Below are positions 41,550 to 49,755 of a stretch of 64,000 nt of DNA, piece after piece (the first letter of the stretch is position 1; every line of letters begins with the position of its first letter). The stretch spans positions 148,800,001-148,864,000 of the forward strand of contig JANJGN010000006.1 in the NCBI GenBank assembly GCA_026770705.1. Reading direction: 5' to 3'. Origin of the DNA: Isurus oxyrinchus. Taxonomy: Eukaryota. The notes under the pieces were generated by a model, which saw nothing but the letters and a program-made list of their open reading frames with translations, did not search any database and was not told the origin of the DNA. The translations under genes and the position numbers were made by a program.

Positions 41550-41660
41550 CAAAAACAGAAACAGAAATACCTGGAAAAACTCAGCAGCTCTGGCAGCATC
41601 GGTGGAAAAGAGCACAATTGACGTTTCGAGTCCTCATGACCCTTCAACAGAACTAAGTAA
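41550..41660 (-). mobile_element. Penelope-like-element-derived short repeat with minimal hammerhead core
   Basis: Minus strand reads tagtt-CTGTTGA-a-gggtc-atgag-gactc-GAAAC-GTC-aattg. Same family as the copies at 25.6, 56.3 and 59.4 kb. Confidence 0.65.
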
Positions 41661-42129
41661 AAATAGGAAAGGGGTGAAATATAAGCTGGTTTAAGTGGAG
41701 GGGGTTGAATTAATCTTTTATCCGGGGAATTAGTTGTTTGAGGGACAGATGCTGGGATCCAGAATTACATTTCTACTTTCAATCCCTATCGCACTGATGC
41801 CGACAAATTGGAAGATTTTGTCCCCCCCCCCCCCCCCCCCCCCCCGAAACCACGGTTTCCAGGTGCCAGTTTGGAAATTGAATCATGCCTGGCCTGTGTC
41901 CTCGGGGCTCAGCCTTACACTGCAGCTACCTTCTCCGGCCCATTCCCCAAGTGTGATCGGCAGACCGGGGTTATACTGCTGGTTACTATGTCCAGATGGC
42001 GCAAAAGGTCAGGCACAAAGGAGTAAGAATGTTTCCTCGGGGGTGGGGTGCAGATATCCTCTTCCTGGGACATTCATTGCTCCGGAACCAATATAAATAT
42101 CCCATGCACGTTTTTCGAAATTTCCACCT

Positions 42130-42700
42130 GGCCCCTGTACCAAATATCAACACGACAGCTCATGTTACATGAGAAAGACGCTAGTGTCAGGAAAATAGAT
42201 CGGAATTGTTGGTGTAAAGGACAGGGTAACGGGAATACACTGAAACTATAAGTGACATCTGTTTTAGCTTCTTGAGTTCGTGTGTAAACCATATTGGAAA
42301 CCTTGTGTTTATATTGGCTATTTAATTACAGTTTTGTACATGGTGTGTGTCACTGGGGTATGAGGCGTTGTAAATTGACATGGATAAACTGCAACCTAGC
42401 GCCCACAGTCCAGAGTACCGTCTCGCTGAAACGAAGGACACTGTGGCTGGTCCTACACTTGCCCTCAGTATTGTTCTCATCGATATGGAGCTCCCCCCAG
42501 TTTGCCGTTTCGGCCCGTTCATTGGGTCATTTCTTCATCAGGCCAACGTGCCCGAAAAGGGCAGCATGGAGGCCGGCTTGTAATCACCATACGGCGTATT
42601 GTGGAAGGCGTTTTATGCAATTCGCTCTGGATTCGGCTCAAATAAAAAAAAATCGCAAAACGTTTACCAACTTTGTTCTAAACTGTGATGTGACTGCTAC
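42130..42700 (+). mobile_element. Very ancient CR1-like reverse-transcriptase relic
   Basis: ORF 42294-42800 contains HWGMRRCKLTWINCNL..QSTV, SSPQFAVSARSLGHFFI and FMQFALDSAQI, collinear with CR1 HGIRG.LL.WI.NWL..RQRV, GVPQGSVLGPLLF.IFI and ISKFADDTKI. Upstream gacagctcatgttaca resembles KTANVT. Confidence 0.5.
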
Positions 42701-43849
42701 ATCACTGATCTTAGAGATCGTTATTTTACAGTGGCTTTGTGCTCTAGGGATCCGAGTTTCAACATTGGAAACTGCGAGATTTGAAGGTCAGAAGCACTAA
42801 CTGTACGGTAGGATCAAGCCAATGTGGTATTGAGTAAAACAGAGGTGTTAATTTATACCCAATATATCAATAATTCATCACTTCCTGACCAGAGTCCTGA
42901 TTTTAATGGAATCCACACTGTATGTCAAATAAAGTTGTATTTGATTTTCCTCTGGCAGTTTTCAATATAAAAAATACACTTCTATGCGCTTATCACTGCC
43001 CTAAAGGTAGAATCATCGAACAAACAACATACCACCTGAAATCGCGCTTTATTTAAACACAGGCGTACAACTTCTATTTCGATGGAACGAAATCTGTTGT
43101 CTTGACCCACAATTTTAAAGCCTCGTCGGCTTCTTGTGACGTTTGGAGGGGGGGTGGGGGGGGGGGGAGGAAATCCAGGAATTCCGGAGCGGGATCGCCA
43201 CCTATCTGATCGCACTAAAACTGGCACTGAGTTACACTGAAAACGTGTAACTGTGGACTCGCCCCACGCCCATCACTGCAAACAAACCCGAGCAAGTCTG
43301 ATGGCAAACGGTGTGCCGAGCCGCTGCAGGCGCCTCCATATCACGAAAGGTTGGTCAGGTCCTTTTGACTCCCCTTCCACCACCACTCCACCCCCATCCC
43401 GGCCACCCCCGATCCCAATTTAAAAACGAACACAACCATCACTTTTCACTTGGCATCTCTGGTTAAACCCCCCTCAAACGACGATTCCAAACTTGCTTTC
43501 CTGAGACCCACTGGGATATGTTACAATCTCATTTTTTGGCTCGGGAGGAGGAGGTCGGGAGCAATTCCTTGTCCGTATGCTTGAAACAAACGTTCATGTT
43601 TAATCCATGACCAATCATCAATGGGCAGTGCAGTGGCGGTTTAGATCTCAGATTTCTCATTTCCAGCCTATGGGGGCAGATAGAAACTTTACTTGGGCTT
43701 TCTCAGCAATAAGTGGGCCACCCAAGCCTTATCACCTGGCAAAATTTTTCATACGAACTTAAATAGGGAAACCTGTAAACATGGCTGACACATTATACAC
43801 AAAATATAGAAACCCTGCTCTTATCTTTCGAGTCTGCAAGTAAAGATGG

Positions 43850-44250
43850 CGACAAGCCTAGAGCTGGTGGACCCATGGTGTCCATTATCCGAATGACTTG
43901 AGATTTCAAATGGGAAATTCCATATTCAGTGGACAGTACGGTGAGAAACGAACAACTCTCCGCCCACACACCACAGTCGGGGCTGTGCACGAATATACTG
44001 CTGCCAGTTTTGGAATCGCATTGCATTCAGTGGTCACCTCACTGTATACAACTGCCCTATCTCTCTATTTCTACTGGCACCCCACGATTCAAGCGAGGAG
44101 CGCGGGTTTCGGTGGAGCCCACCAAATCAATTTATGAATGAGTTCCACGCATCGACGCCAGGCCTTGGCGTGAGCACACTGATGAAAGATGGGTCACTGA
44201 TCGATGTAGTCTTTTCAGAATTCATGAATATTGCGGTTAATGTTGTTATT
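43850..44250 (+). mobile_element. Second very ancient CR1-like RT relic
   Basis: KDGSLIDVVFSEFMNIAVNV resembles DEG.AVDVVYMDFSKAFDKV; upstream aactgccctatctctct resembles the NYRPISL coding sequence. Confidence 0.4.
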
Positions 44251-45198
44251 GTTTGCTCATGTACGGTTCCTGATCAACCGAGTGTTGGTTTGCTACAGGG
44301 ATGCGGGGAGCTCCGGCTCCTGCGAGCTGGCCAATAATGAATGTGCGGTGCTCAGGTCCGGCTGCTATGAGGAAGTTACCCCCTCCCCCCCAAAAGCCTA
44401 GTTTGGAAGAATTTCCGCTGCAAGAGTTACCGGCGTTAACAGCTAGTTTCTGCTGTATAAAGGGCACCTCAACCCCTTGTCCAGTTCCCTCAAAAGACAG
44501 CCCTATGTACCCGGGTGGGGGGTGAAAAGCAAAGCATCTCTCGCACAGGAGATGGCAGGGAAAGTTGCTGCAGGCCCTCTTTCTCACGTGGAGAGCGGGG
44601 GGAGGAGAGTCTATCGTCCATCAGCCCCCCTGATGACTTTCGGGGGGTGGGGAGATATAAAACAAAATATTGACACAATAGTAATGCTCCTCACGTCACG
44701 CATTCAGCTGGTCTTCAGGGGGAGACCCGTTTTGAAAGGACTCGTTCCGGCTTAATTAGCAACACTAATGAATCACTTGTTAACATCGACTGATGACTCA
44801 ATGCCGCGCTTTGAGATTTTTTTAATAATTCGAGTTTAGCGGTTAGACATTCCTAACGTAACTTTTCTTAAATTATGACAATAATTGAAACAAATCCCCC
44901 ACGCATGTATTTCGATCATATTATGCAAATATATTTCCGAAATAGAACGTCAATATTTCCATCTATACTTTTATAAATATGTTTCTTTGAAACTTTCGCT
45001 TAAACCGAGAATGTAGCAATCCTAACGAAATGCCTACAAATACACATGTTGGGTGTTGTTGAGATTAAATCTGCATATGTGTCTTCCCAAATTCGGAAAA
45101 TATCCTCATTGAATGATTAAGTGCCAAGGTGCTTAAGGGTTATTAGATGTATCAGTATTTTTAAAAAAATACAAATTTTACACACTGTCTTTGGGTGT

Positions 45199-45597
45199 CC
45201 TTGGCTCACTCATAACTGAATCATTAGGTGGTGGGTTGAAGCCCCACTCCAGAGATTTGAGAACGTCCTCTAAACTGACACTGCAATGCAGTACTAAGGG
45301 AGTGCTGCTCTGCCCCAGTTGCCTCCCTCTGGATCAATCACTCCAGGGTCTATTTTGAAGAAGAGCAGGGGAGTTCTCCCTGGTTCTCTGGTCAATATTC
45401 GTTCCTCGACCAACACCACTAAAGCAGATTATCTGGTTATTATCTCCCTGTTGTCTGAGAGTGCTGGATGGGGGTCGGGCAGGGGGCTTTTTTGCATCAC
45501 GGCAAGTGCCCATCCTTCAAAAGTGTTCGGTTAGCTTTAAAGCGCGTTGGGGCTTCCCGAGGTCAGGAAAGATGCTTTATAAATGCTATTTCTTTAT
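45199..45597 (+). mobile_element. Deu-domain (SacSINE1/AmnSINE-like) SINE
   Basis: tRNA-like head (gtgggttgaagccccactccagagatttgag), body gcagtactaagggagtgctgc..gaagaagagcaggggagttctccctgg..cagattatctggttatt, L2-like tail gaaagatgctttataaatgc. Family name from recall. Confidence 0.7.
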
Positions 45598-48419
45598 ACA
45601 TAAAGAAATGGCACAAGACGCATTTTAGAATAGAAAGTACACGTGCGAAAATATTGAAACGCGGAGTAGGCTTCTTTAACACGAAAAAAAAACCCAAGTC
45701 TGATCTGGCGACTTGCCTTTTGGAGTTTAATTGTGTCCACAATGTTGAGTGCGATAGAGAGAAAATCTACATTTTCCCATTCTCATCAGAACCGTCGAAA
45801 TGCGATGCTGACGAGTCAAAGCAAACTTGCACTGACGGGCCAGTTCTAAAATGTAAAGTTTTAGTTGTATGCGTGTGTGTTTGGGGGCGAAACATTTTAG
45901 CGCGAATTCGAACTTATCTTCGAGTTGCATCTTTCAGGGAAAGGCGCCAGTCCGTGCGAATTGGGAAATAAAGACTTAAAAAGCTATTTTCCAGCAAACA
46001 CAGTAATGCGCCCTGGGAAACTTGGTTAAATTCCCCAAGCTGTCTTTTTTTTGTACTTTCTTTTCTTTACAAAGAACAACTTAGCTGATTCTTTCTGAAT
46101 GGGCTAAAGCTGGAATGTGGGCTACCCAACTGACCAAAGCTATACCTTTGCATGACTTGAAAGGCTGGTGTCCTCTCACAGGATATGAATGACTCGATAA
46201 CATCTGACACCAGTGACCACTCTGCTGACCCGATCTTAATTCTCCTAATACGAGGAATAGCCAGAAACAGCCACTTCTGTCGGCCGGAGTCAGAGGACCA
46301 AGTATTAAAGGAGAAATTGGGATAAATGAGCGGTGCTTGTTATAACTGAGTTTCTCCATTTGCATTTGGGTGTTGGGGGCTCATTTATGAGTATGGGAAG
46401 CTAGTGAAAGCTTACCACCCTTTTTCCCCTTAAAAAAAAACTATACGGTAGTTTTGTTAACGGGGACTTGAAGAATCTCAGGAATTTAGAAGTATCCTTA
46501 ACTCGTCCGAGGTGCTCGTCACAATTCGAAACAGTTCACATAGTTACTACACGAATAAGTTGATTAAAACTAAGGCAACACTTGCACCCCCCACCCCCCA
46601 TACTATTGGGCGTCCGCAAAGAAACGGATGCCTTTCAACTGCATGTACTTACAGCTTTTAAGAAAACAGCTATACATATATATGGTAACAATGGGACTTT
46701 GGGGCTTTTGTTGGGTGCGTGTGTTTTCGTACGAAAACAATCTTTGCCAAAATGAACGGCCATTTGTAAAACGTGTAGAAGGTTTTTTTTAAAAAAAAGA
46801 TTTGATGTTTTTTTAAATGTAATCGATGGACTGGTACAAAGCAGCGCTGGCGAGAAACAGAGTGATCACAGAGCCAACAAAGTCAACCATTTTAGGTCGG
46901 CTTGGGGATTGGACCTCAACTCACGCTCTGTTGAAATAACCTATAGGAAATTTACGGTTGAAGACTTCAAAGGAATTTCAGGACAGAGCTTCGACTTTGG
47001 TTGCTTTCTTTCTCTCTCTCTCACTCTCTCTCTCCCCTACCTCCTCCAAACCGTTTTTCTTTTTTTTTAAAAAATGCCCCACACCGCTGGCAAAGCTTGA
47101 CCAGCACACACTTTGGGGACAAAAGCGTAGAGGTACGAAAACAAATTTTGCTTTTGAGACGCTGGATGTTAGAGCAGCAAACAAACCATTTAAGTGCAAA
47201 CTGCCCCTTACAATTGGTCAGACTGGTTGGCGCCGACGCGTCAGGCCAGTTTTTTGGAGCAAAACGCATGGTAGCCGACAATGCATGGCCAGCTATGTAA
47301 AATCGGCCAACCTTCCTCCTCTACTTCACCTCAGATAGGACGTTTTACACAGCCCGCCTTTTTCCCTGTCTTATTCCGGAGAGCCTTGCACCTTCCTCCA
47401 GCAGGCTCCCAATGTTAAAGGTATTACAAAATGACAACAGAGGCACTGAACCAAATACTTGACCTTTGAACCCCTTCGGAGGGGAATTTCCTTTCAACCA
47501 AAAGTGAGGGGAAAGTCGCATGTGGGAGAACAGTAATCATCTTTAGTGCTAAACCCTCGTGTTGGAGGCCTTGCCGTCCCCAGGTACACGTGTCCTGCAG
47601 GAGAACAATGCTAACACACTTGAAAAAAAAGGCACCGGCTTCTCTGTCGTTGCACCCGTCGCTGGCACCCTCTCCCTAAAATAAAGGCATCATGTACGGC
47701 TTGCGTGGTTGATGAACCGTTTTATAGTTTAAACGGAGATCATTTGAAAATGACATCTTAAATTCGGATGATATCACCTTGCTTGTGGCGGGGAGGGGGA
47801 GGGGGACGGGCGGAGAAAGGCGGCAAACAACCGTGCCCCGATGAAAGATGAAACTATTTAATTATCTTTGTGAAATCTTTGATTTCTTTTAGGCGAAGGT
47901 TTTTTCCTGAATGTGACTAAAATGAAACAACGTAGCCCGCAGTCCAAGGCCCTTTTTGCACATTTTTTCTTTAAAAACAGCTGCCCTTTCCATACTGAGC
48001 CTAATATATTGGTATCGGGACATTACATTCAAGGAAGTCTCTCCACTGCTTTAATTGCGCACAAATTATTTACATATTTCACCAAATACACCGGATTTTT
48101 TGCTGGCGAGTATTTACTGTCGCTTTTCTTGAAGAGATCGTCACAGCATTAGCGGACACTCTATAATCGTGTTTATCATAATAGTCGATCTGCGATTAGT
48201 TTATATATATATATGTGTGTGTGTGTGTTTATGTATTTGGGTTGTGTAGGTTTCCGACAGAAAGCGGAACAACGGGAGGAGGGACCCTGTAGCTTTAAGT
48301 CTATGGAGCTGACCGGCTCGTCAAAAATGTCGGACAAATTAGCTGGATAAAAAAAAACTGGATGATTTTTTTTTGTGAGGGGGGGGGGGGGTGGGTGGGG
48401 GGTGCGGTGTGGAATCATC

Positions 48420-48600
48420 GATTATTGCGGTGACAGGTTAGAGGAGAGGCCGATTGGCTCTGTTCTGCCTCTCTAAAGACTGCGATGTGTAATTAGCGGC
48501 AAGAAAGCATGTAATTGACGAGTCACGTGTGTGCCAGGGCCAGGAAAAAGGAGGGGGTGGGGGCTAACGAGGGAAAGCACGTTAGACCATGCGAGCATTG
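48420..48600 (+). promoter_or_regulatory. LIN28B proximal promoter / 5'UTR start: inverted CCAAT box, TAATT motifs, E-box
   Basis: ATTGG at 48453-48457; gtaattag and gtaattga; GTCACGTG (CACGTG at 48524-48529). MYC-family activation of LIN28B is established. Confidence 0.65.
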
Positions 48601-48714
48601 GCGATTGCTAAATTTTTGATCCCTCAATCCTATGACGCTAGATTGATGCAGAAGATTACCCATTCCGAGGGAAAAGTTCTCATCGGGCGGTTTTGGACAC
48701 AGGGGCCTGTGTGA
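48589..48714 (+). CDS. Upstream ORF (41 aa) in the LIN28B 5'UTR: MRALAIAKFLIPQSYDARLMQKITHSEGKVLIGRFWTQGPV*
   Basis: gaccATGc at 48589 (A at -3) opens a frame to TGA at 48712-48714, 4 nt before the main ATG. A second in-frame ATG is at 48646. Too short for the supplied ORF track. Confidence 0.6.
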   Translation: MRALAIAKFLIPQSYDARLMQKITHSEGKVLIGRFWTQGPV

Positions 48715-48718
48715 CAAC

Positions 48719-48728
48719 ATGGCCGAAG
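48719..48728 (+). CDS. LIN28B: LIN28B coding exon 1 (M-A-E + first base of Gly; phase-1 donor GTTTAC)
   Basis: caacATGGCCGAAG|gt: strong Kozak context (A at -3, G at +4). MAEG is the vertebrate LIN28B N-terminus and splices in frame to the exon at 49574. The upstream 5'UTR resembles the human LIN28B 5'UTR as recalled. Confidence 0.9.
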
Positions 48729-49538
48729 GTTTACTTTTTTTTTCTCTCTTTTTTGTAACAAAAAATCCTTTTTGTTTGTTTGCATACTTTTTTAAGAGAT
48801 CGCAGAGGGAGCTTTTCCAAACCTATTGTTGTAGATCTCCCAAAAAATGTATGTACCCGCCTCCCCCCCCCCCCCCCCCATTTATTCACAACTTCAAAGG
48901 CTTTCTGAAGGGCTATTGTGTGGACTTGGTGTGCGATTCAGCACAGTTCCCCCCCCCCCCCCCCCCCCCCACCTCTCTCTCTCAGTTTGTGTGTGTGTGT
49001 GGAAGGCAACACTACACCTGCCCCTTAAGTTTGATTGGAGTACAGTTAACGCACGTTGGATGCTACCGTGGTTCTCTTCAGTATCATACGAACCTTATTT
49101 TAGTGGAACATTATTTTTTTTAAAAGCTCTCGCGATCGACGCTGTTGAATGTTGATTACGATTTGCAGAAAGAGTGGAGGAAGAAAAAGCCGGGCTTGTG
49201 TGATAGTGGTTTCTGCGGGAGATGGGCTCCGTTTTAAACCAGCCGCATTCCAGTTACGTACGGTTTTGCTAATCTCAATTTGCTGCTCCAAACATGGAGT
49301 AAAGGAGCAATCTGGGCAGCCTTGCACATGGATCCAGATCGACATTGCAAGGGCTTTTCCACATCGGCTTCAGCCAGTGTCCTTTAGCATTGCGAAGTGC
49401 TTTCTCCGCGCACCCCCCCCCCCCCCCATCTCCCCTCCCCCCACCCCAGAAGCTTATTTTTAAAATGTACTTTGTTAATGTTTTCTCCCTTTTTCTAACG
49501 TCAGATAAATTGAACATTTTTTTCCCCTCTCTCTTCCC

Positions 49539-49562
49539 TGTGTGTGTGTGTGTGTGTGTGTG
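49539..49562 (+). repeat. (TG)12 immediately upstream of the LIN28B exon 2 acceptor
   Basis: ccc(tg)12caactgtccag|. Confidence 0.95.
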
Positions 49563-49573
49563 CAACTGTCCAG

Positions 49574-49755
49574 GAGGGGCGGGTAAAGGTGCTGGAGACG
49601 AAAAAGGAAAACTGACAGAGAAAGAAGAATCTCAAATCCAGCAGGGAGCAGGCCACTGTAAATGGTTCAACGTTAGAATGGGATTCGGATTTATCTCCAT
49701 GACCTCTCGGGAAGGTACCCCCTTGGAAACGCCAGTGGATGTTTTCGTACATCAA
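49574..49755 (+). CDS. LIN28B: LIN28B coding exon 2, N-terminal half of cold-shock domain
   Basis: ccag|GA...CATCAA|gtaagt translates (G)GAGKGAGDEKGKLTEKEESQIQQGAGHCKWFNVRMGFGFISMTSREGTPLETPVDVFVHQ. GHCKWFNVRMGFGFISM and PVDVFVHQ are LIN28 CSD motifs; GHC, FIS and the MAEGG start indicate the B paralogue. Exon 3 (SKLFMEGFRSL...) was not found in the window, implying intron 2 is longer than 14 kb. Confidence 0.97.

Noticed and set aside
49574-49755. Assignment to LIN28A or a Y-box protein
   Set aside because: The MAEGG start, GHCKWF, GFISM and REG.PL..PVDVFVHQ fit LIN28B; LIN28A has MGSVSNQQF, GICKWF and GFLSM.
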